This document shows, piece by piece, positions 33,268 through 43,603 of a stretch of 64,000 bases of DNA. The stretch's first letter is position 1, and every line of letters starts with the position of its first letter. A program made the position numbers and the translations under genes. Under the pieces are notes generated by a model, which ran no database searches, was not told the DNA's origin, and saw nothing but the letters and a program-made list of their open reading frames with translations. The stretch is from Candidatus Marinacidobacterales bacterium (lineage in GTDB: Bacteria; Acidobacteriota; Vicinamibacteria; Marinacidobacterales; DATDRI01): assembly GCA_965219415.1 (NCBI GenBank), contig OZ244742.1, positions 160,001 to 224,000 on the forward strand. The letters are read 5' to 3'.

Positions 33268-35220
33268 ATGGCCAAGAAGCAATCTGGCGGCAAGAAAACC
33301 GGCGGTGTCGCGGCGGCGATTGGGAATTCCCTTCTAACCGACGACGACCTCTATCTCTTTAACGAAGGGACTCACTCTAGACTCTACGAGAAGCTGGGCT
33401 CTCACCTACGCACTTTCGACGGAAACGACGGTGCCCAGTTCGGCGTGTGGGCATCCGATGCGACATCGGTCTCAGTGATGGGAGACTTCAACGATTGGAA
33501 CAAATCGAGTCACCCACTGGCTCCTCGTTACAAAGCCGGCATATGGGAGTCCTTCGTCGCCGGGGTGAAACCGGGCACGCATTATAAATATCACGTCGTT
33601 TCCCGGCACCGGGACTATCGTGTCGACAAAGCCGACCCCTTCGCTCACCTTCAGGAGATGCCGCCGCGAACGGCATCGCTGGTATGGGATCTCGACGTCG
33701 CTTGGGGAGACGAACAATGGATGGACACGCGGCGCGAGCGTAACGCGCTCGACGCTCCGATGGCGATCTACGAAGTCCACCTGGGTTCTTGGCAACGGAT
33801 ACCAGAAGACAACAATCGCTCGCTCAGTTACCAAGAGCTGGCCACTCGGCTCGTGGACTACGTCAAAGAAGTTGGGTTCACGCACGTCGAGCTCTTGCCG
33901 GTCATGGAGCACCCGTTTTTCGGCTCTTGGGGTTACCAAACGACCGGCTACTTCGCCCCTAGTAGCCGTTTCGGTACACCCCAGGACTTCATGCACCTCA
34001 TCGACGCGCTCCACCAAAACGACATCGGCGTCATCCTCGATTGGGTTCCCTCCCATTTCCCCGCCGACCAACACGCCCTCGGGTTCTTTGACGGCTCCCA
34101 TCTGTTCGAGCACGCCGATCCGCGCCAAGGTATTCATCCCGACTGGGACAGTTTCATTTTCAACTACGACCGCAACGAGGTACGCAGCTTTCTGGTCAGC
34201 AGCGCTCTTTTCTGGCTCGAGAAGTACCATGTCGACGGATTGCGAGTGGATGCCGTCGCTTCGATGCTCTATCTCGACTACTCGCGCAAGGACGGCGAGT
34301 GGATTCCGAATGAGTTCGGTGGCAACGAAAACATCGGTGCCATTGCGTTCCTCCGTCACTTCAACGAAACTGTCTACCGAGCGCATCCCGACGTCCAGAC
34401 CGTGGCCGAGGAGTCGACTGCGTGGCCTATGGTCTCCCGACCAGCCTACCTAGGAGGACTGGGCTTCGACCTCAAGTGGGACATGGGATGGATGCACGAC
34501 ACGCTGAAGTATCTCTCCCGCGATCCGGTGCACCGCCCCTTTCATCACGACCAACTGACGTTTCGTATGGTCTATGCGGCAAACGAGAACTTCGTTCTTC
34601 CGTTATCCCACGACGAGGTCGTCCACGGCAAGGGTTCGCTCCTGGGTAAGATGCCCGGGGACGATTGGCAAAAGTTCGCCAACCTGCGCCTGCTCTTCGG
34701 TTACATGTACGGCCAGCCTGGCAAGAAGCTTCTCTTCATGGGAGGTGAGTTCGGTCAGCGGGGCGAATGGGATCACGACGGTTCGCTCGAGTGGCATGCG
34801 CTCGATCACCCGTTACACGCCGGACTCCGTTTGTGGGTCGGCGACCTGAACCACTTCTACCGCACGGAAGCCGCTCTTCATGAACAGGATTGCCAAGCCG
34901 CTGGATTCGAATGGATCGATTGCACCGATACGCAACAAAGTGTCATCGCCTTCGCTCGCCACGGACGGCCTGCTGAGGACACTGTGATCGCGATCTACAA
35001 CTTTACTCCGGTACCACGGCCAAACTACCGCCTTGGCGCTCCCCGCTCCGGACGGTGGAAAGAAGTCTTGATCAGCGACAGCGACCATTACGGCGGCAGC
35101 GGGCAAGGCAATTTAGGTGGGCTGGAAACCCAACCGATTCCCCTCCATGGTCGCCCTCAGTCATTGAATCTCACTCTGCCCCCACTGGCCGCGATCTTCC
35201 TGAAAAGCGACAACCCCTGA
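33268..35220 (+). CDS. glgB: 1,4-alpha-glucan branching enzyme
   Basis: IYEVHLGSW, SWGYQ, LDWVPSHFP, LRVDAVASMLY, AEEST, LSHDEVVHGK. Confidence 0.97.
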   Translation: MAKKQSGGKKTGGVAAAIGNSLLTDDDLYLFNEGTHSRLYEKLGSHLRTFDGNDGAQFGVWASDATSVSVMGDFNDWNKSSHPLAPRYKAGIWESFVAGVKPGTHYKYHVVSRHRDYRVDKADPFAHLQEMPPRTASLVWDLDVAWGDEQWMDTRRERNALDAPMAIYEVHLGSWQRIPEDNNRSLSYQELATRLVDYVKEVGFTHVELLPVMEHPFFGSWGYQTTGYFAPSSRFGTPQDFMHLIDALHQNDIGVILDWVPSHFPADQHALGFFDGSHLFEHADPRQGIHPDWDSFIFNYDRNEVRSFLVSSALFWLEKYHVDGLRVDAVASMLYLDYSRKDGEWIPNEFGGNENIGAIAFLRHFNETVYRAHPDVQTVAEESTAWPMVSRPAYLGGLGFDLKWDMGWMHDTLKYLSRDPVHRPFHHDQLTFRMVYAANENFVLPLSHDEVVHGKGSLLGKMPGDDWQKFANLRLLFGYMYGQPGKKLLFMGGEFGQRGEWDHDGSLEWHALDHPLHAGLRLWVGDLNHFYRTEAALHEQDCQAAGFEWIDCTDTQQSVIAFARHGRPAEDTVIAIYNFTPVPRPNYRLGAPRSGRWKEVLISDSDHYGGSGQGNLGGLETQPIPLHGRPQSLNLTLPPLAAIFLKSDNP

Positions 35221-35222
35221 GA

Positions 35223-36516
35223 ATGAGCGAGGGGCAAGAACGCTACATCTGTATCCACGGCCACTTCTACCAGCCGCCGCGCGAGAATCCCTGGCTGGAG
35301 GCCATCGAGGCTCAGGATTCCGCGTACCCCTATCACGATTGGAACCAACGCATCACCGCTGAGTGTTACGAGCCGAACACCGTCTCTCGCATCCTGGATA
35401 GCGACGATCGCATCATCAAGATCGTCAACAACTACGCCAAGATCAGCTTCAACGTCGGTCCGACGCTACTCGCGTGGATAAAAGACAACGCCGCGGAAGT
35501 CTACGAAGCGATTCTGGCCGCGGACCGGGAAAGTATGAGTCTCTTCTCGGGACATGGCTCGGCTCTCGCGCAAGCTTACAACCACACGATACTTCCCCTC
35601 GCCAACCGCCGTGACAAATACACGCAGATTCTCTGGGGCATCCGCGATTTCGAGTACCGCTTCGCCCGCAAACCGAAAGGGCTGTGGCTCCCGGAAGCCG
35701 CGGTCGATTCGGAAAGCCTCGAGATCCTCGCCGAACTCGGGATTCAGTTCACCATCCTCGCTCCCACCCAAGCGCGGCGGGTCCGGAGAATCGGCGGCAG
35801 GAATTGGCGCGATGTCGAGGGCGGGGGCATCGATCCCACCATGGCGTACTTGCAACGGCTTCCGTCCGGTCGCTCGATAACACTCTTTCTCTACGATGGC
35901 CCGATTTCCCGTGCCGTCGCGTTCGAGGCCCTGCTTTCACGCGGGGAGACTTTCGCGCACCGACTGGTGGGCGCTTTCTCCGACCAACGAACCTGGCCTC
36001 AACTCGTACACGTTGCCACCGACGGAGAGACCTATGGACACCACCATCGTCACGGCGACATGGCCCTCGCTTTCGCGCTCGATTACATCGAGCGCGACGA
36101 GTTGGCGCGCCTCACGAACTATAGTCAGTACTTGGAAACACATCCTCCAACACATTCGGTCGAGATCTTCGAGAACACCTCCTGGAGTTGCGCGCATGGT
36201 GTCGAACGTTGGCGATCAGACTGTGGGTGCCATACCGGCGGCCAGGCTGGATGGAATCAGGGCCGGCGCGCTCCGCTTCGGGAGTCTCTCGATTGGCTTC
36301 GCGACCAACTCAACCGCCTCTACGAGGAGAACGCACAACACTTACTCCGCGACCCCTGGGCGGCTCGCGATGATTATATTTCGATTGTCCTCGACCGTTC
36401 CCGAGACAACATCGACCAGTTCCTGGGCCGACACGCCGTTTGTTCTCTCGAAGACGCCCAGAAAACCGAGGCGCTCAAATTTCTGGAGCTCGAGCGACAT
36501 GCGATGCTCATGTACC
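35223..36516 (+). pseudogene. GH57/DUF3536 glycoside hydrolase, C-terminally truncated
   Basis: HGHFYQPPRENPW, WLPE, ATDGETYGHH, SWSCAHGVERW; homology stops at AMLMY. Confidence 0.85.
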
Positions 36517-37128
36517 AGAGTGGACGCGAAGGTATCTCTGGCTGCGATTATTGCGAGGCTCGACCCTCAAAAGGGCTTCGATCTCTTGCTCGAGGCGGCC
36601 CCGGAAATCCTTGAATTGGGAATTCAACTCGTTCTACTGGGGAGCGGGCAGCTCCGCTACCTGAAGGACTTCGCAACGCCCCAGGAAAGGTTCCGAGGAC
36701 AGGTAAGCGTCAACAAGGGGTTCGACAAGCAGCTGGGGAGGCGCATTTACGCGGGGGCGGACCTGTTCCTGATGCCTTCACGTTACGAACCGTGCGGGCT
36801 GGGCCAGATGATCGCGATGCGTTATGGGACGATTCCGGTGGTGCGGCGCACGGGTGGTCTGGCGGATACCGTTGTGGATTTCGATCAAAATGAGGAAGTG
36901 GGCAACGGCTTCGTCTTCGACGAATTTGAAGCTACCGCACTCGTCGATGCGATCACGAGAGCGGTGGCCCGCTTTGGGGATGGAAAAATTTGGCCGGGTT
37001 TGATTCGCCGAGCCATGACAGCCGACTTTTCTTGGGAGAAGGCTTGCCAGCGTTACTTGGAAGTCTACGCGCTGGCGATGAGCAAGGCCCGGGGAGAGCA
37101 GGGTCCCCGAGCCCGCTCTTCGAATTAG
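36517..37128 (+). pseudogene. glgA: Glycogen synthase, C-terminal fragment
   Basis: RLDPQKGFDLL, IYAGADLFLMPSRYEPCGLGQM, TGGLADTV, DFSW; no N-terminal half. Confidence 0.85.
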
Positions 37129-37567
37129 GCCGCCTTGGGAAGCAACTTGCCCCCGTCCAGCCGAGTAGACCCCATATGGAACCGATTATGCTATTGGCGA
37201 CGAGCCCGCCGACACGAGCCAGGACGGCTGGCCCCATCGCGACGGCTTCGGTTTGGTTGAGGGCCGTAGGATGGTTGAAATAGGTCTCCGCGCCAACCAA
37301 ATAGGACACCAGGGTCGCCGCGAAGATGAGAACCTGGCCACATAGTGCGATGGTCAGACCCAGTAACGCCGCCTGTTTCAAACTGTAGCCTCGGAGGCGT
37401 CGTGAGAAGGCGCCGAAAAAGAAGGCCGACACCCAGGCAAGAGACACCATGCTGACGATCGTGCCGCTCTGGTACGGGACCCCGGTTGCTCCCAAGATGA
37501 GCCGGGCGATCATGAAGAGCACTAGCAGAAGGATTGGAAGCTTGGCAAAGCGAATGTATTCCGACAT
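37126..37567 (-). CDS. Hypothetical 4-TM membrane protein (3' end uncertain)
   Basis: Hydrophobic ORF with GGAGG RBS. Confidence 0.6.
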
Positions 37568-37685
37568 CAGAACCTCCGGTCAAATTTAGCGCGGAGCTTA
37601 TCACAATCCGAGCGTCGGGCAAGGACAGTCTATGCTTCGAGCTCGGGAGTGCGGAGAAGGGGGTTCGCCGTGTGTGGCTAGCGGC

Positions 37686-38618
37686 TCAGTCCGTCTTCAA
37701 GAAATCGAGGACCACTCGATTGAGCTCGCTCGGTTTCTCGAGGTTGATCATGTGTCCAGCCTCCATGATCAGGACTTTCTTGGCTCCCCTTATGCCTTCT
37801 TGGAGTCTATCGACATTCTCGTGTATGGCGCCGTGGTCTCGCTCTCCGACGATGATGAGCGTGGGCGCCCCGACCTCGACGAGCCGCTCATCGGCGGGGG
37901 GGTCGCCGGGCTGCATGAGCCTCACATAGGCGAAGTCTGAATCGAAGAGTTGAGTGTTCTCGGAAAGGATCTGGCTCATCTTCTGCCGCGCCCGGGCTTG
38001 CCCCGTCGTCGGCATACTCGGATCGGCGAGAATCAGCTGGATCGCCTTCGCGGCGCCCTCCTCCTTCGCAACTTTCGAAAGCTCGCCAAGCGCGGGTGCG
38101 ATTTCATCCTTCCAACTACTGAGTCCGGGAGCAATCAAGATGAGCTTCCGCACCACCTCAGGGTAGGTGAGCACGAAATCAATGGCCACACCCCCGCCGA
38201 ATGAGAAACCGAGAACGTCGGTCTCCTGGATGCCCAGGAATTGCAACAACGCGTACAAGTCTTGCTCATGCGAGAAAGGGCCGTTGGGGAGATCTGATTT
38301 GCCAACTCCTCGAGGGTCGTATCGGATGACCTGTCGGTCCTCGGCGAATACCGCGAACTGTTCGTCCCATAGCCGCATGTCGAGGCTACCACCGCTGATG
38401 AGCACCAGCGGCTCGCCGGTTCCCTTGACATCGTAGAACAGTCGGGTCCCGTTGACTTCCGCGAAGGCGCCCTCGGCGGGTTTGGAAGCGGATTATTCGG
38501 TATCGTCCGCTGGGTCGTCTTGACTCTCGGATGCTGGGTTCGAACCGCAACCCCAGGTAACGAGCAACAGGGCGAGGGTCCACCGAGTGAGCAAGTTCGA
38601 AACGAGCTTCAAGAACAT
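37686..38618 (-). pseudogene. Alpha/beta hydrolase lipoprotein, frameshift near 38490
   Basis: LLVTWGC lipobox; YDPRGVGKS, GFSFGG, GERD, AGH. Confidence 0.8.
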
Positions 38619-38730
38619 TCCATCAGTTCCTTCTGAGCTCTCCGGGCAACGAACTATAGCCTCTCGGCTGCGGGGGCCGCAGGCCAAACCCTTCAATCCT
38701 TTGGAATTACCAAGTGGGTGGCACTTGGTA

Positions 38731-39543
38731 TTAAGGCTCTTCGACGTCCACGGTCAGGATGAGCACCTGCTCGTTACTCAGATGTCGTTTTCCCCCGCCA
38801 TCGAGGCCGATCCGCTGGTCCGTCGTGTCGTTCGACATTTCTGCAAATACCACCATCTCGCCAGGGGTCACGGTGAGCGATGTCTCCGCCGCCGTGTACT
38901 GTAACCTATCGTCCTCGTCCAAACGCCCCGCGAAGGGCCGCAGGTCTAGCCGAACTCTATCATCGGCCAGGACCGACGCCGACACTTCGAAACCCGACTC
39001 GACCGGGACCAGTACGCCGGCACCGTAGTAGGGCTCATATATAAAAGGAAACGCCCCGCCGGTGCGTATCATCCCCGAGCCACCTTCGAGCATCTTGAGC
39101 GAGGCCTTCGAGTTGCCACGTCGGGTGACGCGTGTTGCATTCGCAGAAAGTCGGACACCCTCCCCGGGAAAACCCAAGGTTCCAATTCGCACCGGCCCGA
39201 TCGAAGTCTTCCACGCCACCTGTGCTTCGAGGATGTCGAGCTCCCTGCCCTCCTTCATCTCGTACCTCACGACCACGTGTCGAAGTGGTCGGTCGAGCGT
39301 CTCGAGGAGGGCAAGGGTTTTGCTTATCGCCTGTGGCGTTCCGTTCAAGATGAGTGTTGCCGTGCGGGTGTCGAGAACCACTTGCCCATTCGGGCCCATC
39401 GCACCCTCGGCGATTGCCACCAGGTCTGCGGCGAGCCGGTGTTTTGCGCGGTACGTCTCGATGGTCTGGCCGGTGGTCGTGCGGACCATCGCGTTGAGCA
39501 CGAGGAAAGCGATCACCAACGAGTAAACCTTGAAGATTTTCAT
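38731..39543 (-). CDS. NolW/secretin-like short protein
   Basis: Signal peptide; LDTRTATLILNG..ETLDRPLRHVVV (NolW-like) plus beta-rich C-terminus. Confidence 0.7.
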   Translation of the reverse strand: MKIFKVYSLVIAFLVLNAMVRTTTGQTIETYRAKHRLAADLVAIAEGAMGPNGQVVLDTRTATLILNGTPQAISKTLALLETLDRPLRHVVVRYEMKEGRELDILEAQVAWKTSIGPVRIGTLGFPGEGVRLSANATRVTRRGNSKASLKMLEGGSGMIRTGGAFPFIYEPYYGAGVLVPVESGFEVSASVLADDRVRLDLRPFAGRLDEDDRLQYTAAETSLTVTPGEMVVFAEMSNDTTDQRIGLDGGGKRHLSNEQVLILTVDVEEP

Positions 39544-39568
39544 GTGTGAGCTCAATCAAATAATAGCA

Positions 39569-39928
39569 CCTTGTTGCGCCCAAAACTCGGGTAGATCCCT
39601 GACGTCGAGGAGTTCCCTACTACCCTCAATAACAGGCCGCCGTTTTTACCGGCGCTGCCTGTTCGACTGGCACCGCGACCCTCCGCTGGCAGCTTCGCCG
39701 GCGCAGAGAATTCGAACTTGTTGCGCCCCAAAACCTTGTTGCACCCAAAACCCGGGTCATCCGCTCCAGTCCAGGAGTACCGCACCGCGGTCGATAGCAG
39801 GCCACCGTTGCTTGAGAGCAACCGCGTGGTCCATTGGCCGCTGTAACCTTCGGGTGGCAACTTGTCGGCCCGTTCCTGTTTGGCCGATCCCGGAAAGCTT
39901 GGCTGGAGCGGAGAATTCAACACACAGG
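39569..39928. repeat. Tandem diverged structured repeat (two units; three CTTGTTGCRCCCAAAAC boxes)
   Basis: Boxes at 39570, 39717 and 39735; homologous blocks and hairpins in both units; 12-bp closing stem 39760-39771/39901-39912. Confidence 0.7.
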
Positions 39929-40142
39929 GATTTCCCCAGCCCCTCATCTAAAAGGCGACGCGCAGTGGACGTGAGGCCGGCTTCGCGTTGGCAAACGCGC
40001 CTCTTTTCCTTACTATATTCATATCCAACTTAGTTTCGGTCTCACCCGCAACACGACCATTTAACGAATGTGGAGGGACTGGTGTACGCCAGGCCTTCGA
40101 CACAAAGGGGTAGCTGCCTAACGCACGGCAGTGGAGGTCGAA

Positions 40143-40912
40143 ATGCGCGGCAAACTCACGATCCTTGCGTTGGCTCTGGGGCTGTTGGGGATGAACGGTT
40201 CTATGGACCGGCTAGACCTCATAATCCTGAGCCCCGACAACAATTTCACCAAGGTGGTTGAGCAGGACGTCGCCATCAGTCAATCGGGCGGTTCGGGACC
40301 TCTCCTCGGAACCAACTTCGAATTCTCCTGCGGCGCCTGCAAGGTCGCGACGTTCGATGACGCCACGACCCAGATTGGCAGCGGAATCCGTATCTGTGGC
40401 GTGCGACCCCAAGACCTCGTTACCAGCGAAATGTTGATATGCGGACGAAGCACGCTGACGGGGAACCGATCCAACGTGGATCTCGAGACTTGGCGCAGCG
40501 GATTTTCCGGCTGCGTCGACGCCAATGGCGGCCGAAGCTGCCCGCTTCGGGGGGCTTCACCTCCTACGTGCGCCGGCCGCTCCTCTGTGATCCACTTCGC
40601 GGGCTTACCCAGAAGGTTCAAGAACTGAATCTCCACAAAGGAACCGCCAACGGTTTGGTGAAAAAGCTCAGAGTTGCCGGACGGGCGCTTTGCGACCCTA
40701 ACCCCAACAACGATCGCGCCGCGGCCAACGCGCTCCGGGCTTTCATCCATCAAGTTGAGGCTCAGCGTGGAAAGAAGATCCCCGCCATTCTCGCAGAGCT
40801 GGATCTCCCGTCGTCCGATCACGACTCGGACGACGGCTCGAAGGACTCTGGTTCGAAGGATTCTGGCTCGAAGGACTCCAAGAGCGATGGCTCATCGGAT
40901 GATGACTCGTAA
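40143..40912 (+). pseudogene. Secreted protein with FIMAH-like C-terminal helical domain, frameshifted
   Basis: GGAGG RBS, signal peptide; GLVKKL...AAANALRAFIHQVEAQRGKKI; GSKDS repeats. Confidence 0.55.
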
Positions 40913-40983
40913 GCACAAAGGTAAACGGGGAAAGTAGAGTCAAACCGGGGAAGGTGTGAGGCGCCGCGTTGCGCCGTGCGAAA

Positions 40984-41060
<77 letters not shown>

Positions 41061-41075
41061 ACTTCTCGAACTAGC

Positions 41076-41675
41076 CTACAATAGATACCTTACCACGAGG
41101 AACCCTCCAAATAGGAGCACGAAGAAGACGACCGTCAAGAGGTTGAAATAGCGATCGATGAAGACCTTGATGCTTGGGCCAAAGAACCAGATGAGCGTCG
41201 CCACGCCGAAGAACCTGAATGACCGACTCATGATCGAAGCCAAGACGAAAGGGCCCAAACTGATCGAAAAGACTCCGGCTGCCACCGTAAAGACTTTATA
41301 GGGGATCGGAGTGAGGCCCGCCGCAAAAATGGCCGCAAAAGCGTTCGCCTCGTACTTGCCTTGCACGACTTCGAAATTGTGAGGAGTGAAGCCCATCGGC
41401 CCCAAGTATTGAAAAAAGAACTCCCCCACTAAGTGCCAAGCCCAGGCCCCGATCGCATAGCCGAGTAGTCCACCGGCAACGGAGCAGACCGACGTCACCG
41501 CGGCGAAAAAGATCGCCCGCTTCGGTTTCGAAAGTGAAAGCGCTATCAGAAGCGGGTCCGGAGGGACCGGAAAAAAGGCCGATTCCGCAAAGGACAGCAG
41601 GCCCAAGGCCGGCGTCCCGTAGGGCGTTTCAGCCCAATGCATGACCCAATCGTAGAGACGACGAAACAATTTCAT
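41076..41675 (-). CDS. YqaA/DedA (VTT) family membrane protein
   Basis: SFAESAFFPVPPD, AGLTPIPYKVFT. Confidence 0.9.
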   Translation of the reverse strand: MKLFRRLYDWVMHWAETPYGTPALGLLSFAESAFFPVPPDPLLIALSLSKPKRAIFFAAVTSVCSVAGGLLGYAIGAWAWHLVGEFFFQYLGPMGFTPHNFEVVQGKYEANAFAAIFAAGLTPIPYKVFTVAAGVFSISLGPFVLASIMSRSFRFFGVATLIWFFGPSIKVFIDRYFNLLTVVFFVLLFGGFLVVRYLL

Positions 41676-41690
41676 AGCCGGAAGGGCGTC

Positions 41691-42455
41691 TTAGCTACTG
41701 CGGTCAGCGGGACCGCCGTTCCAGTTGAGCCCCCAGGAGGCAAGTTCATCCAAAGCCTTGTAGTTCGTGAAATCGATGTGGAGAGGCGTCACTGAGATCA
41801 AGTTATCGTGCACCGCCGCGATATCGGATATGCCGTTTCGCCCCCGGCGGCCGAAGCCCCCCTTGAGCCAGGAAAATCCGCGCGACTGCGCGGACGTACG
41901 CTTTCCGAAATCGGCCCGAGGATCGCCGCTCCCCTGGTTCGTGATCCGAATGCCCTCGACGTCGCCGGCCGGCACGTTCACATTGAGGAAGGTATGGCGT
42001 GGTAACTTCTTCCGCGTGACGATTTCTGCGAGTTGCACCGCGAACTCGCTCGCGGTTCCAAACTCCTCTGACGTTTTCGACGCCAAAGAGACGGCGAATG
42101 ACGTGATGCCGAGCATCGCCCCTTCCATGGCACCCGCCACGGTCCCAGAGTACGTAACGTCATCGCCTACGTTGGCGCCGCGATTGATACCCGAGACCAG
42201 CAAGTCGGGACTGTACGGCAGGAGAGTCCTCACCGCAATGTTCACGCAATCGGTGGGGGTACCCTCGACCGAGAATAGCCTCTCCTCGAGTTGTTGGTAC
42301 CGCAAAGGCTCGGAGAGCGTGAGCGCATGGCTCACTCCGCTGACTTCGCGGGCCGGTGCCACCACGACGACTTCGCCTAACTCGGCGAGCCTTTCGGCAA
42401 GGGCATGGATTCCGGGGGATTCCACACCGTCGTCATTCGTCACAAGGATTCGAAT
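41691..42455 (-). CDS. surE: 5'/3'-nucleotidase SurE
   Basis: RILVTNDDG, GTPTDCV, SGINRGAN, YSGTVAGAMEG. Confidence 0.95.
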   Translation of the reverse strand: MRILVTNDDGVESPGIHALAERLAELGEVVVVAPAREVSGVSHALTLSEPLRYQQLEERLFSVEGTPTDCVNIAVRTLLPYSPDLLVSGINRGANVGDDVTYSGTVAGAMEGAMLGITSFAVSLASKTSEEFGTASEFAVQLAEIVTRKKLPRHTFLNVNVPAGDVEGIRITNQGSGDPRADFGKRTSAQSRGFSWLKGGFGRRGRNGISDIAAVHDNLISVTPLHIDFTNYKALDELASWGLNWNGGPADRSS

Positions 42456-42609
42456 GTCGTTTCTCCTGCCCGGATACCCAAAACGCGTTGGGTGCCAGGC
42501 CCAAGTCCATCAGGACGCCGGGCGTCTAGAACATGGCGGGCGCTATACGCAAAAGCCGTCAGGCACCGGCTCGACTGGAATTGGTTCTTTAAATGATAGC
42601 AGGAAAATA

Positions 42610-42686
42610 TGGTCGGGACGGCGGGATTCGAACCCACGACCACTTGCACCCCAAGCAAGTGCGCTACCAGGCTGCGCTACGTCCCG
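42610..42686 (-). tRNA. tRNA-Pro(GGG)
   Basis: CGGGACGTAGCGCAGCCTGGTAGCGCACTTGC-TTGGGGT-GCAAG...GGTTCGAATCC...CCA. Confidence 0.96.
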
Positions 42687-42746
42687 ATCTGGCCGTTGGT
42701 GCGGCCTGCATCGTATCACGCACCGAAAACGCGATCAATGTAGCGG

Positions 42747-43142
42747 CTATTCGTCTACCTTGGGGTCGTTGGCTTCGAGAATGTGGAGAATATCCTTGAG
42801 CCCCGACTTGATTTCCTCGATCCGGTCGCCGTTCATCTCGCCCTCGAGCGGACGCGTGATGGGGGTCTGTCCTCCACCCCCGGCCCCTTCTTCTTTCACT
42901 TCCTGCTCCAATCTCTTCTTGGCGCCGGCGATGGTGAAACCCTCTTCATAAAGTAGCGCCTTGATGCGCAGAATGGTTTCTATATCGCGGCGGCGATAGA
43001 TACGCTGGCCCGAGTTGTTCTTGGCCGGAGCGAGCGCAGGAAACTCCGACTCCCAATAACGTAGGACGTAGGGCTGGGTTTCGGTCAGCTCGCAGACTTC
43101 CCCGATCTTGAAGAAGAGCTTATTCGGGATCTTCTTATTCAT
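42747..43142 (-). CDS. MerR family transcriptional regulator
   Basis: FKIGEVC...VLRYWESEF...GQRIY...GFTIAGA; conserved ihfA-merR-tRNA-Pro synteny. Confidence 0.92.
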   Translation of the reverse strand: MNKKIPNKLFFKIGEVCELTETQPYVLRYWESEFPALAPAKNNSGQRIYRRRDIETILRIKALLYEEGFTIAGAKKRLEQEVKEEGAGGGGQTPITRPLEGEMNGDRIEEIKSGLKDILHILEANDPKVDE

Positions 43143-43174
43143 GCTCGCTCGGACCGGGTCCTGCAGTTACCTGC

Positions 43175-43450
43175 TCAGGTAAGGCTGGCCTGAAACGATT
43201 TCGAGGGTTTGAAAACGACCGACTTGCGGGGCAGGATGTTCATCTCCTCCCCGGTTTGTGGATTGCGACCCTTTCGGCCCTTCTTACCCCGGACCGCAAA
43301 AGTCCCAAAACCAGTGATTTGCACCCTCTCTCCTTCTCTTAGCCCTTGTTTGATGAAGCCGAGTATCAAGTCCACCAACCGGGAGGCCTCCTTGTTGGAG
43401 AGGCCGCCGTGGCGCTCGTAAACCACCGTGGCAAGGTCGGCCTTGGTCAT
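43175..43450 (-). CDS. ihfA: Integration host factor subunit alpha
   Basis: MTKADL, GFGTF, GRNPQTGEE, VVFKPS; synteny with merR. Confidence 0.85.
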   Translation of the reverse strand: MTKADLATVVYERHGGLSNKEASRLVDLILGFIKQGLREGERVQITGFGTFAVRGKKGRKGRNPQTGEEMNILPRKSVVFKPSKSFQASLT

Positions 43451-43550
43451 AGAGAAGTCAAAACACCATCCGGCTCTCGGCGCACAGAGGTTAATGCCTG
43501 ATTAAGTTAAAGGACTGAAAAGACTAGAGGTCCAGTTGACACCCTAAAGC

Positions 43551-43578
43551 ATTATATGAGACTTGTCACCCAAGTCAA
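43551..43578 (-). promoter_or_regulatory. Sigma70 promoter of ihfA-merR
   Basis: TTGACT-N16-TATAAT. Confidence 0.7.
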
Positions 43579-43603
43579 GCGTAAACATTACACGATTGGG
43601 CCC

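Noticed and set aside
39569-39751. Three near-identical boxes as a CRISPR array
   Set aside because: Spacing is irregular (about 130 nt and 0 nt), the intervening sequences are homologous to each other, and no cas genes are present
40069-40135. GTGGAGGGACTGG resembles a SAM-I riboswitch
   Set aside because: Lacks the AUC-AGAG P1 strand and the GCAACC and GUGC elements; it is only a simple hairpin
40833-40880. 15-bp tandem repeat x3
   Set aside because: Encodes a low-complexity GSKDS tail with synonymous variation
41767-42951. 394-aa plus-strand ORF, and similar long antisense ORFs across the window
   Set aside because: Antisense shadows of surE, tRNA and merR typical of high-GC DNA; no recognisable motifs
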